64,000 bases of DNA from an uncultured Acidobacteriota bacterium (GTDB lineage: Bacteria > Acidobacteriota > Thermoanaerobaculia > Gp7-AA8). Position numbers and translations under genes: made by a program. Shown piece after piece: positions 1 through 10,960 of this stretch. Under the pieces are notes generated by a model that made no database searches, was not told where the DNA came from, and saw nothing but the letters and a program-made list of their open reading frames with translations. The stretch covers positions 320,001 through 384,000 of the forward strand of contig CAVUKB010000004.1 in NCBI GenBank assembly GCA_963741955.1. The letters run 5' to 3'. Within the stretch, counting starts at the first letter, position 1, and each line of letters begins with the position of its first letter.

Positions 1-751
1 GATCTACGTCACCGGGAAGCAGTGGATGTGGAAGGTTCAGCATCCCACCGGACAGAGCGAGATCGATTCACTCCACGTCCCGGTCGGAAAGCCGGTCAAG
101 CTGATCATGTCCTCCGAGGACGTGATCCACAGCTTCTTCATCCCGGCCTTCCGGATCAAGCGGGACGTCCTTCCGAACCGCTATACATACGAGTGGTTCA
201 CTGCGACGAAAGTGGGTGACTACCACCTCTTCTGCGCAGAGTACTGCGGCACCGACCACTCGCAGATGATCGGAACCGTGCACGTGATGACTCCCGAGGA
301 TTATCAGAACTGGCTCGCGGGAGGTGCGCCGGAAGGCTCGCCCGCCGCGGAAGGGCAGAAGCTGTTCCAGTCGCTCGCGTGCAGCACGTGTCACACCGAA
401 GACTCGACCGGCCGCTGTCCGGTTCTGGTCGGACTGTACGGGAACTCGGTCCGGCTGAGTGACGGGTCGGTGGTGAAGGCCGACGAGAACTACCTGCGCG
501 AGTCGATCCTCAACCCGAGCGCGAAGATCGTGCTCGGCTACACTCCGATCATGCCGTCGTTCCAGAGCCAGGTGAACGAGGCTCAGGTGCTGCAGCTGGT
601 GGCGTACATCAAGTCGCTCCAGAAGGCTGCCGTCGCCACGACGGTCTCGGGTGAGACGGCAGGACCCGGGACGAAACTCCAGACCGAAACCGGTGCGACC
701 CCTGCGGCCGCGACGGGCTCCACCTCCACATCAGGCAAAGCGAAGCAATAG
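1..751 (+). CDS. coxB: Cytochrome c oxidase subunit II with C-terminal cytochrome c domain (5' truncated by window edge)
   Basis: CuA motifs DVIHSF and [12 protein letters not shown], then haem c motif CSTCH; frame is open from the window start. Confidence 0.95.
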   Translation, partial: IYVTGKQWMWKVQHPTGQSEIDSLHVPVGKPVKLIMSSEDVIHSFFIPAFRIKRDVLPNRYTYEWFTATKVGDYHLFCAEYCGTDHSQMIGTVHVMTPEDYQNWLAGGAPEGSPAAEGQKLFQSLACSTCHTEDSTGRCPVLVGLYGNSVRLSDGSVVKADENYLRESILNPSAKIVLGYTPIMPSFQSQVNEAQVLQLVAYIKSLQKAAVATTVSGETAGPGTKLQTETGATPAAATGSTSTSGKAKQ

Positions 752-760
752 GGCGAATCC

Positions 761-2405
<1,645 letters not shown>

Positions 2406-2413
<8 letters not shown>

Positions 2414-3089
2414 GATCGTCGACCCGCATCACCACCATCCGGCTCTGCAGCATCACTTCGAGGATCTGGGCCAGCAGCACGAGGCTTCCACCCTCGGTAT
2501 GTGGACGTTTCTGGCGACGGAGATTCTCTTCTTCGGTGGACTCTTCGCTGCGTACATGATCTACCGCTTCCGTTACGTGGAGGCGTTCACCGCCGCGAGT
2601 CACCATCAGAACGCGACGCTCGGAGCGACGAACACCGCTGTGCTGATCTGCAGCTCGCTCACCGTGGCACTCGGGGTCTATTTCGCGCAGACCAACCGCC
2701 GCAAGCCGCTGATCGTGATGACCATTCTCACTCTGATCCTCGGCTGCACGTTTCTCGGGATCAAGGCGATCGAGTACCACGCGCACTGGGTCGAGCATCT
2801 CTTTCCCGGTGCAGGCTTCAATGCAGGCGGCGAGGTGTTCAAAGATCCGCTGATCGCCGCACACGCACAGATCTTCTTTCTGCTGTACTTCATCATGACC
2901 GGGATCCACGCGCTCCACATGATCATCGGGGTGGGGATCTTCAGCTGGATTCTGTGGAAAGCCTGGAAGGGCGATTTCTCGTCCGAGTATTACGGCCCGG
3001 TGGAAGTCAGCGGGCTCTATTGGCACTTCGTCGACATCGTCTGGATCTTCCTCTTCCCGCTGCTGTACCTGATCGGACGGCACGGTTGA
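2406..3089 (+). CDS. ctaE: Cytochrome c oxidase subunit III
   Basis: [16 protein letters not shown] and [10 protein letters not shown] motifs; TTG start overlaps ctaD stop. Confidence 0.95.
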
Positions 3090-3126
3090 TGGTGGGGGAG
3101 ATGAAGGAGATGGAGGAGAAACGAAC

Positions 3127-3453
3127 ATGACCACTTCCAATCAGCCCGTCGAAACCCACGATCCGCGTCACCACGTGACGCCGATGAAGACCTACTTCAT
3201 CATCTTCGGGACTCTCCTCGTCCTGACGTATCTGACGTACCAGATCTCGTTCTTCGATCTCGGAATCCTGAACACGCCGATCGCTCTCGGGATCGCGGTC
3301 ACCAAGGCCACCCTGGTCATTCTCTTCTTCATGCACGTCCTCTACAGCACCCGGGTGACGTGGATGGTGATCTTCGGGAGTCTGCTGATGCTGGTGATCC
3401 TCCTCGGGCTGACGTTCATCGACTACATGAGCCGCGGCTGGTCGTTGCACTGA
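3127..3453 (+). CDS. Cytochrome c oxidase subunit IV family protein
   Basis: 3 TM helices, KATLVILFFMH motif, operon position. Confidence 0.9.
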   Translation: MTTSNQPVETHDPRHHVTPMKTYFIIFGTLLVLTYLTYQISFFDLGILNTPIALGIAVTKATLVILFFMHVLYSTRVTWMVIFGSLLMLVILLGLTFIDYMSRGWSLH

Positions 3454-3454
3454 T

Positions 3455-4569
3455 CCGAGGAGCGCCGGCTCGAAGCCGGCTGCGGTCGGGCCTCTGCGCC
3501 TGACCGCGAGGAGCTCGGGACGCCGAAGGTCTCTCGCCTGGTACAGGAGTTCCGAAAGATCGCATGTGGGAAGTGACGAGCACGGGATGCTCGTCACGAG
3601 CCGGCAGGGATGGCGGCGCCCCAGGGCGAAGTGGCCAGGCCGAGGAGCGCCGGCTCGAAGCCGGCTGCGGTCAGGCCTCTGCGCCTGACCGCGAGGAGCT
3701 CGGGACGCCGAAGGTCTCTCGCCTGATGTTCGAGTTCTGAAAGATCGCATGTGGGAAGTGACGAGCACGGGATGCTCGTCACGAGCCGGCAGGGATGCCG
3801 GCGGCCCAGGGCGAAGTGGCCAGGCCGAGGAGCGCCGGCTTCAAGCCGGCTGCGGTCAGGCCTCCGCGCCTGACCGCGAGGAGCTCGGGACGCCGAGGGT
3901 CTCTCGCCTGATGTTCGAGTTCCGAAAGATCGCACGCGGGAAGTGACGAGCACGGGATGCTCGTCACGAGCCGGCAGGGATGCCGGCGGCCCAGGGCGAA
4001 GTGGCCAGGCCGAGGAGCGCCGGCTTCAAGCCGGCTGCGGTCAGGCCTCCGCGCCTGACCGCGAGGAGCTCGGGACGCCGAAGGTCTCTCGCCTGATGTT
4101 CGAGTTCCGAAAGATCGCACGCGGGAAGTGACGAGCACGGGATGCTCGTCACGAGCCGGCAGGGATGCCGGCGGCCCAGGGCGAAGTGGCCAGGCCGAGG
4201 AGCGCCGGCTTCAAGCCGGCTGCGGTCAGGCCTCCGCGCCTGACCGCGAGGAGCTCGGGACGCCGAAGGTCTCTCGCCTGGTACAGGAGTTCCGAAAGAT
4301 CGCATGTGGGAAGTGACGAGCACGGGATGCTCGTCACGAGCCGGCAGGGATGCCGGCGGCCCAGGGCGAAGTGGCCAGGCCGAGGAGCGCCGGCTTCAAG
4401 CCGGCTGCGGTCAGGCCTCCGCGCCTGACCGCGAGGAGCTCGGGACGCCGAAGGTCTCTCGCCTGATGTTCGAGTTCCGAAAGATCGCACGCGGGAAGTG
4501 ACGAGCACGGGATGCTCGTCACGAGCCGGCAGGGATGCCGGCGCCCCACCTCCAAGCCGGCGCTCCACC
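3455..4569. repeat. Tandem array, about 6 x 185 bp, of REP-like hairpin units
   Basis: Units start at 3455, 3640, 3825, 4010, 4195, 4380; internal hairpins gccggc-ttcaa-gccggc, gcggtcagg..cctgaccgc, gtgacgagca-cggga-tgctcgtcac, gccggca-ggga-tgccggc. Confidence 0.97.
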
Positions 4570-4629
4570 AGCATGTCTCACGGGCCTCCCGGCGGTGCGA
4601 TGAATGATCCGGGTTAGAATTCTCCGCAC

Positions 4630-5622
4630 ATGACGACCGCATCCGCACCTTCACTCCACACCGTGCTCACCCGCCAGCTCGGAATCGAGCTCCCGATCAT
4701 CGGTGGCGCGATGTATCCCTGCAGCAATCCGGAGCTGGTCGCGGCCGTCTCCGAGGCCGGCGGCATCGGCGTGCTGCAACCGATCTCGCTGACGTACGTG
4801 CATGGTTACGACTTCCGCGAAGGGATCCGGTACATCCGCTCTCTCACCTCGAGACCGATCGGAATGAACGCGCTGATCGAGCAGTCGTCGAAGATGTACC
4901 GCGAACGGATGTCGCGCTGGATCGAGATCGCGCTGGAAGAAGGGATCCGCTTCTTCGTCACCTCACTCGGGAATCCCCGCTGGGTGGTGGAGCGGGTGAG
5001 CGCGGTGGGTGGATACGTCTATCACGACGTCACGTCACACAAGTGGGCGATGAAGGGGCGTGACGCCGGCGTGCACGGGCTGATCGCGGTGAATTCGCAG
5101 GCAGGAGGGCATGCCGGTCCCACCGAACCGCGCGCACTGTACGACGAGCTCGCGGATGTGGGACTTCCCCTGGTCTGTGCGGGAGGGGTCGCGGATGGAG
5201 CAACGTTCCGGAACGCTCTGGAGATCGGATACGCAGGCGTGCAGATGGGAACCCGTTTCATCGCGACCACGGAGTGTTCCGCCCATCCCGACTACAAGGC
5301 CGCGATCGTCGACGCGAAAGCGGACGACATCGTCCTGACCGAGCGGCTCACCGGAGTTCCGGTCGCGGTGATCGAGAACGAGCACGTGCGCCGGACGGGG
5401 ACGAAGGCCGGCCCCATCGCGCGATGGATGCTGCGCGGGAGGAAGACGAAGCACTGGATGCGGACCATCTACGCGCTCACGTCGCTGCGGAAGCTGAAGC
5501 ATTCACTGCACGCCGCACGAGGGCGCAACGACATCTGGCAGGCGGGGCGGAGCGTTGCAGGGATCGACGCGGTGCTTCCGGTCGCAGAGGTGATCCGGAG
5601 GATGGTGGACGGATTGAGGTGA
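4630..5622 (+). CDS. Nitronate monooxygenase / FabK-like FMN-dependent oxidoreductase
   Basis: PIIGGAM, AVSEAGGIG, AGGHAG, AGGVAD, GVQMGTRF motifs. Confidence 0.9.
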   Translation: MTTASAPSLHTVLTRQLGIELPIIGGAMYPCSNPELVAAVSEAGGIGVLQPISLTYVHGYDFREGIRYIRSLTSRPIGMNALIEQSSKMYRERMSRWIEIALEEGIRFFVTSLGNPRWVVERVSAVGGYVYHDVTSHKWAMKGRDAGVHGLIAVNSQAGGHAGPTEPRALYDELADVGLPLVCAGGVADGATFRNALEIGYAGVQMGTRFIATTECSAHPDYKAAIVDAKADDIVLTERLTGVPVAVIENEHVRRTGTKAGPIARWMLRGRKTKHWMRTIYALTSLRKLKHSLHAARGRNDIWQAGRSVAGIDAVLPVAEVIRRMVDGLR

Positions 5623-5927
5623 GCGCGGCAGCGGCGCAGTCGTTTGTTCTGCGTTCGTATGTCGGGCGAGAAATTTATTCTGCTCACGACGCCGTGGAGC
5701 GAATAAAGTGCGGCTGCCGGGGCGCTGCGCCGAACGAAAGGCAACCCTTGCGATGACGGGGCGAGGTGCTTCCGCACCTGGTCGAATCGCGAATCGATTC
5801 CTGCCGTCGCGCTTGCGGTAAGGAGCTGAAGAGCAAGGAGTTACGCCGCGCATTCGACCGGCGCGCTCCTTGCTGATTCACCCTCGGGGTCCGGACCGTT
5901 GAACCCCCGGACCATCGGAGGTGAATC

Positions 5928-7169
5928 ATGAGAAAAGTGGCGCTTGCGCTGGTGGTGGCACTCCTCCTTCCGGCCGGCGCTCGGGCACTCGACTCGAGAG
6001 ACGTCGAGGCGCTCGTCGCGATGCCACTGGCCGTCGCCGCCGTCTCCCAACTCTCGGGCGTTCCGACCAGTGACCTGGTGAACGTCGTGACCGCGATGAA
6101 CCAGGCGAACGTTCCACCGCCGCAGTTCGTGGAGGTGGTGCGGTACGTTCCGGTGGCACTGGTCCAACAGCCGCAGCCTTTCGTGGACTATGTGACGCAG
6201 CAGGTCGACAACGGAGTGACGGGCGATCAGCTCGCGGTGGCTCTGGCCAATCAGATCCGCACGTCGTACGGCGTGACCCGGATCAACGTCGTCACGCCGC
6301 CGGAGGCGGTATACGTCGTCGACCAGAGCAGCTTCGTGCCGTCGGTCGTCACCACCCGTCTGAGACCGGTGAATCTGACCGACCTCGTCGCGATGCCACT
6401 CGCGGTCGCGGCGGTCTCGCGCCTCACGGGGATGCCGGCGAACGATCTGGTCGGCCTGGCCAGTGCACTCGACAATGCGTACGTTCCGCCGGCGCAGTTC
6501 GTGGAGATCGTCCGCTACGCGCCTGCGGTGCTGGTCGATCCGCAGATCGCACCGCAGTTCGTCCCGTACGTCACGACGCAGATCCGGGAGGGAGTGGTCG
6601 GAATGCCGCTCGCGCGCAGCATCGAGGATCAGTACCGGAGGTGGGGCGTGACGAACGTCGACGTCGTGAATCCGCAGGTCCAGGTGGTCGACCGGCAGGT
6701 GGTTCTGCCGCAGGTGGTCACCACGCGCGTCGCGCAGGCATCGGGGAATCCGTTCGGCGGCCCTCCCGGCCAGCTCAAGAAGGAGCGCGGACTGCAGACC
6801 GGAGCCGAAGTGGTGCACGGGGTGAAGCCGGGTGCGAAAGAGATGGGGCGGCCCGAGCGAGGCTCGAATGGCGATCACGGTCGCCGCGCGGTTGCGCGTC
6901 CACCGGTGCGGGAGCAGCGTCCCGCGAAGATCGTGCGCCGTCCGCACGGCCGTACGGAAGCGGAGCGAGGCGGCGGTCATCGGATGAGCCGTCCGCATCC
7001 GCCGGCGAAGCGGCCGTCGAATCCGGGACATCACCAGCAGCTTCGGGAGGCGCCGTCGCCGCGTCCGCAGATGAACCCGGGCGCAGCCGCGGCTCCACAT
7101 GGAAGAGGTGCGGAAAATTCGGCCAGACCTCACCCGGCGAAGGGGAAGGGTCACGGGAAAGGACACTGA
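5928..7169 (+). CDS. Secreted hypothetical protein with duplicated ~120-aa domain, PPGQLKK motif and basic low-complexity tail
   Basis: GGAGG RBS, signal peptide ending ARA, LVAMPLAVAAVS..VPPxQFVExVRY occurs twice, ends KGKGHGKGH. Confidence 0.75.
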   Translation: MRKVALALVVALLLPAGARALDSRDVEALVAMPLAVAAVSQLSGVPTSDLVNVVTAMNQANVPPPQFVEVVRYVPVALVQQPQPFVDYVTQQVDNGVTGDQLAVALANQIRTSYGVTRINVVTPPEAVYVVDQSSFVPSVVTTRLRPVNLTDLVAMPLAVAAVSRLTGMPANDLVGLASALDNAYVPPAQFVEIVRYAPAVLVDPQIAPQFVPYVTTQIREGVVGMPLARSIEDQYRRWGVTNVDVVNPQVQVVDRQVVLPQVVTTRVAQASGNPFGGPPGQLKKERGLQTGAEVVHGVKPGAKEMGRPERGSNGDHGRRAVARPPVREQRPAKIVRRPHGRTEAERGGGHRMSRPHPPAKRPSNPGHHQQLREAPSPRPQMNPGAAAAPHGRGAENSARPHPAKGKGHGKGH

Positions 7170-7170
7170 C

Positions 7171-7470
7171 ATGAAGACATCGTGGATTGCAGCAGCAGGA
7201 CTTTCGGTGCTGCTTCTCGCCGGATGCGGCGGGAGCGGGACTTCTGTGAATGCGACGAGCGCGACGAGCGCGACGAAGGGGGCGACTCTCTCACCCGAGG
7301 AGCTCGGAGAGCTCGGAGCGGAAATCAGGAAGGAGCCGTCGAAGGCGGACGAGGTGCTGAAGAAGCACGGACTCGATGCGAAGTCGTTCGAGCGGCAGAT
7401 CCGTAAGGTCAGCGAAGATCCGGACGCGTCGCAACGCTACGCCGAGGCGTACCGGAAGGCGCGCGCATGA
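7171..7470 (+). CDS. Small putative lipoprotein
   Basis: ATG 2 nt after upstream stop; MKTSW..LLLAGC lipobox. Confidence 0.8.
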   Translation: MKTSWIAAAGLSVLLLAGCGGSGTSVNATSATSATKGATLSPEELGELGAEIRKEPSKADEVLKKHGLDAKSFERQIRKVSEDPDASQRYAEAYRKARA

Positions 7471-7511
7471 GTGAACGCGGAGCGCGCGCCGACCGTGCGC
7501 TCCGCGACGGT

Positions 7512-7917
7512 TCACCGCGCGTCGGCGAATGGTTCGAGGGCCGCGACGAGACCCGCGAAATCCGACAGCACCTTTCCAACGCTTTGGTGCAGAATTCGGA
7601 TGTCAATCTCGTCGTAGAGATGGACCAGCACGTTCCGCATCGCGGCGGCGTCTTCGAGTCTCGTCGCCAGTGATCCCTCGAGGAGTTTCGCAGTCGCAGC
7701 CCGGCGAAAAACGTCCCGGTACGAATTCGCAACGACGTTTCGCCCCGCCAGGAGGTGCTGCACGAGAACGGCCGCGGTCGTCGCCAGAAGCTCGAGAATG
7801 CGTGATTTTATAGTGCTCGTTCGCGACGGCTTCCAGCGATGCGTCGGCGTAGGGCCGAAGATCCTCCAGCAGAGTCCGCAGCATCTCGAGTTTTCGCAAG
7901 ACCACCTCAGGTGCCAT
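7512..7917 (-). pseudogene. HEPN/DUF86 (HepT-like) toxin with a frameshift near 7803
   Basis: MAPEVVLRKLEML..EHYKI continues in another frame as RILELLA..SYRDVF..RNVLVHLY (RX4H); 406 nt is not a multiple of 3. Confidence 0.8.
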
Positions 7918-8338
7918 TCCTGACCTCCGTGGAGAACTTTCTGAGGCGTTGCCGCGAGAGGCGGAGGAACGGAAGAGCATCCTGATAGCTCTGCCAGAGG
8001 CGAACCCGTGCCTCGGTCCACGACCCCCTCTCGCTCTCGAACAGCGCTCGTCCGTCGCGAGCGATCTCCATCGCCAGCACGGGGTCGAGCTCGGGAGTGA
8101 TCACGGCGATCTGAACCTCGAGCCCGGAGATCTCCGAGAGCTCGCGATGCCACTCCAGCAGCCGTGCCGCCTCGATCGTGCCACGGGGCCAGATCGCCAG
8201 ATCGACATCGCTGTCGGGGCGGGCGCTGCCGCGCGCGCGAGATCCGAAAAGGACGCAGAGCCGGAGCGGACGCTGCACGCACCAGGCGCGGATCGCCTCG
8301 TCCTGGTCGTGGCGGCGGGGGGAGATCGGATCCTGCAT
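7907..8338 (-). CDS. Minimal nucleotidyltransferase (MntA-like antitoxin)
   Basis: LFGSRARGSARPDSDVDLAI motif; overlaps the HEPN start. Confidence 0.9.
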   Translation of the reverse strand: MQDPISPRRHDQDEAIRAWCVQRPLRLCVLFGSRARGSARPDSDVDLAIWPRGTIEAARLLEWHRELSEISGLEVQIAVITPELDPVLAMEIARDGRALFESERGSWTEARVRLWQSYQDALPFLRLSRQRLRKFSTEVRNGT

Positions 8339-8361
8339 CCGTCGAATATACCAGCAACGGG

Positions 8362-8973
8362 CTAGTGCGCGTGCGCCTCCCCGTGAGCCGGCCCTTCGGC
8401 TGCGACGGCGAGAGCCTCGACATAATGGATGAATCCGACGTACGCCTCGACGTACCGCCGTCCCGCCTCCACGCTCTCGTCCGCGTGCAGCCGGCTCTCG
8501 CGCACGTCCGCGAAGCGCTTCTCGAGACCGTGTCCCACCCGTTCGGCCAGCGCGTCGCGGAGAGGCTCGAGTCGCCCCTTCTCCAGGGCCAGGTCTGCAG
8601 CTTCGATCCCCGGGTCGACCTCGCTCCCGGCCGGCTTCAGCCCGGTGTAGGGCGCTCCCTCCCCGGCGCGATGGACCCGCACCAGAGTCTCGAAGAACCA
8701 GCGGTCGGCGACCTCGCGCGCTTCGGCCCCTCCGCGCCGCGCCTTGACCGCGAGATCGAATGCCGCGCGGATCTCGGTCTCGTCCGCCGGCCGGACCCAC
8801 TTGAGGACCGGGGTGACGGAACCCTTCTCGAGCGCCACGCGCGCGTCGCGGACCACCGGACCGTCGAGCGTGTCGCAGTGGGCGAAGAGAGGGGAGGGAG
8901 AGAAGAGAACGAACGAGCCGAGGGTGAGGGCGAAGAGGATGGGTGAGGTGAAGAGTCTGAATCGGGGGTTCAT
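8362..8973 (-). CDS. DUF6448-like secreted protein
   Basis: Signal peptide then HCDTLDGPVV, FFETLVRVHRAGEGAPYTGLKP; His-rich end. Confidence 0.8.
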   Translation of the reverse strand: MNPRFRLFTSPILFALTLGSFVLFSPSPLFAHCDTLDGPVVRDARVALEKGSVTPVLKWVRPADETEIRAAFDLAVKARRGGAEAREVADRWFFETLVRVHRAGEGAPYTGLKPAGSEVDPGIEAADLALEKGRLEPLRDALAERVGHGLEKRFADVRESRLHADESVEAGRRYVEAYVGFIHYVEALAVAAEGPAHGEAHAH

Positions 8974-9050
8974 GATGCCTCCTTCGATGTTTGCGGGCCG
9001 GACATTCCGAAGTTGCGCACTTGCCACGAAGTGTTCCGGCTGCTATATTA

Positions 9051-9082
9051 ACTAACCAGTTGGTTTGACCAACCGATCAGTT
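9051..9082. promoter_or_regulatory. Probable TetR operator upstream of the tetR-ABC exporter operon
   Basis: Imperfect palindromes aaccagttggtt and aaccgatcagtt directly after a TATATT -10-like hexamer. Confidence 0.55.
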
Positions 9083-9120
9083 GCCTCGACACGCAACGAA
9101 CATACCGAAAGGGACCAGCC

Positions 9121-9819
9121 ATGACAAGGGACGCGACGCAATTGGTGGACGGACGCAGACGCATCCTCGATGCCGCTGCCGCGGTCTTCGCCGAGAGCGG
9201 GTTCGCCGGTGCGCGCATCGACGAGATCGCCGCACGCGCAGGCATCAACAAGGCGATGGTCTACTACCACGTCGGCGGAAAGGAAGAGCTCTACGAGGTC
9301 ATGATCTCCGAGCTCTTCGACCGGATCATCGGTTCCCTCCGGGCCGCGGTCGCCGCCGTTGCCACGCCGGATGAGAAGATCCGCGCGGTGGTGCGTACCA
9401 TCGCCGACACCGTGCAGCACAATCCCAACCTCCCCCCGGTGATGCTCCGCGAGATCGCCTCCGGAGGTCATTCCCTTCCGGCCAACGTGCTCCGGAAGAT
9501 CAAGGGAGTGTTCGAGATCGTCTGGGAGATCCTGGAGGAAGGGAGCCGCTCCGGTGCGTTCCGCAAGACCGATCCGGTGATCACCCAGATGCTGATCGGC
9601 GGAGGGATGATCCTTCTGGTCGCCGGCACCCCGGTCCGCAACCGGATCCGCGCCATGCGCGAGAAAGACGACGGAGTGAAGTCCGGCCCGGAAGACCTGA
9701 TCGGGGAAGTCTCCGAACTGCTTTTGCACGGCATCTCGAAAGTCTCCTCCACCAGACCGAAGAAGTCCGCACCCGCCGCCCGAACCACCACGACGCGCCG
9801 CCCGGCGCGGAGGAAGTGA
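9121..9819 (+). CDS. TetR/AcrR family regulator
   Basis: ILDAAAAVFAESGFAGARIDEIAARAGINKAMVYYH HTH. Confidence 0.95.
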   Translation: MTRDATQLVDGRRRILDAAAAVFAESGFAGARIDEIAARAGINKAMVYYHVGGKEELYEVMISELFDRIIGSLRAAVAAVATPDEKIRAVVRTIADTVQHNPNLPPVMLREIASGGHSLPANVLRKIKGVFEIVWEILEEGSRSGAFRKTDPVITQMLIGGGMILLVAGTPVRNRIRAMREKDDGVKSGPEDLIGEVSELLLHGISKVSSTRPKKSAPAARTTTTRRPARRK

Positions 9820-9820
9820 C

Positions 9821-10960
9821 ATGAAGAAGAGAATCATCATCGTCGTCGTGCTCGTGGCTGCCATCGCCGCAGTGATCTGGGCGGTCTCGTTGCGCAATCG
9901 GCCGTCCGATGACCGGATCCGCTTTTCCGGCAACATCGAAGTGGACGAGGTCCAGGCCGCGTTCCAGATTCCGGGACGCCTCGTCGAGCGTGCCGTCTCC
10001 GAGGGAGATCGGGTGCGGAAAGGGGAGGTGATCGGCCGTCTGGAAGACGCCGAGCTGACTCACGAAGTCGCGACCCGGCGCGCCGACCTCGACGCGGCGC
10101 AATCGAAGCTCGGCGAGCTCGAGGCGGGCTTCCGCCCCGAAGAGATCGCCGACGCCCGCGCCGCGCTCCGTGGCGCGCAGGCGGAGCTCGATCACCAGAG
10201 CTCCGAGCTCGCCCGCGCGAAGAAGCTCTACCGCGATGACGTGATCTCCCAGCGCGAGCTCGAGGCGGTCGAGGCGGCATACCGCGTCGCCTCCTCGCGC
10301 GCCGATCAGGCGAAAGAGAAGCTGCGTCTGGTCGAGAGCGGCGTCCGTCGCGAGCAGATCGCGCAGGCCCGCGCCGGCGTCGAGCAGTCCGCCCAGATCC
10401 TCGCGTCCGCTCAGACGCGCTACGGTTACGCGACGCTCACCTCGCCGATCGACGGCGTCGTCCTCTCCGAGAACGCGCAGCCCGGCGAGATGCTCGCGGC
10501 CGGAGCGCCCGTCGTCACGCTCGGCGATCTCGGCTCCATCTACGTCAACGGCTACATCCCCGAGACCCGGCTCGGACGCATCCGGCTCGGCGAACCGGTG
10601 GTCGTCACCACCGACACCTATCCCGGGAAGAAGTATCGGGGTCAGGTCTCCTTCATCTCGTCCGAAGCGGAGTTCACCCCGAAGCAGGTCCAGACGCCGG
10701 AGGAGAGGGTGAAGCTCGTCTATCGGATCAAGGTGCGGGTGGAGAATCCGAACTTCGAGTTGAAGCCGGGAATGCCGGTCGATGCGGAGATTCCGAAGGC
10801 GAAGGCATCGGGGTCGAACGGAGTTGCGACGACCGGAAGAGAGCGATCCGCGAAGCCTCGTGGTGCGACCGTCTCGGTCGCACGCCGAGCGGAGCGAGGC
10901 TTGCTTACGTCGTCTGGCATTGCGACCGAGACGGTCGCACCACACGGAATGGAGTCGTGA
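9821..10960 (+). CDS. HlyD/YbhG-like membrane fusion protein with REP-derived C-terminal extension
   Basis: N-terminal TM, coiled coil, SPIDGVV, SEAEFTPKQVQT..LVYRIK, LKPGMP. Confidence 0.92.
   Translation: MKKRIIIVVVLVAAIAAVIWAVSLRNRPSDDRIRFSGNIEVDEVQAAFQIPGRLVERAVSEGDRVRKGEVIGRLEDAELTHEVATRRADLDAAQSKLGELEAGFRPEEIADARAALRGAQAELDHQSSELARAKKLYRDDVISQRELEAVEAAYRVASSRADQAKEKLRLVESGVRREQIAQARAGVEQSAQILASAQTRYGYATLTSPIDGVVLSENAQPGEMLAAGAPVVTLGDLGSIYVNGYIPETRLGRIRLGEPVVVTTDTYPGKKYRGQVSFISSEAEFTPKQVQTPEERVKLVYRIKVRVENPNFELKPGMPVDAEIPKAKASGSNGVATTGRERSAKPRGATVSVARRAERGLLTSSGIATETVAPHGMES
10860..10943. repeat. Perfect 23-bp inverted REP pair inside the coding sequence
   Basis: gtggtgcgaccgtctcggtcgca (10860-10882) and its exact reverse complement (10921-10943). 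Confidence 0.9.

Noticed and set aside
3594-4654. Repeated 60-140 aa ORFs in the 185-bp array
   Set aside because: Frame-rotating products of a unit that is not a multiple of 3; Arg/Pro/Ala-rich, no RBS
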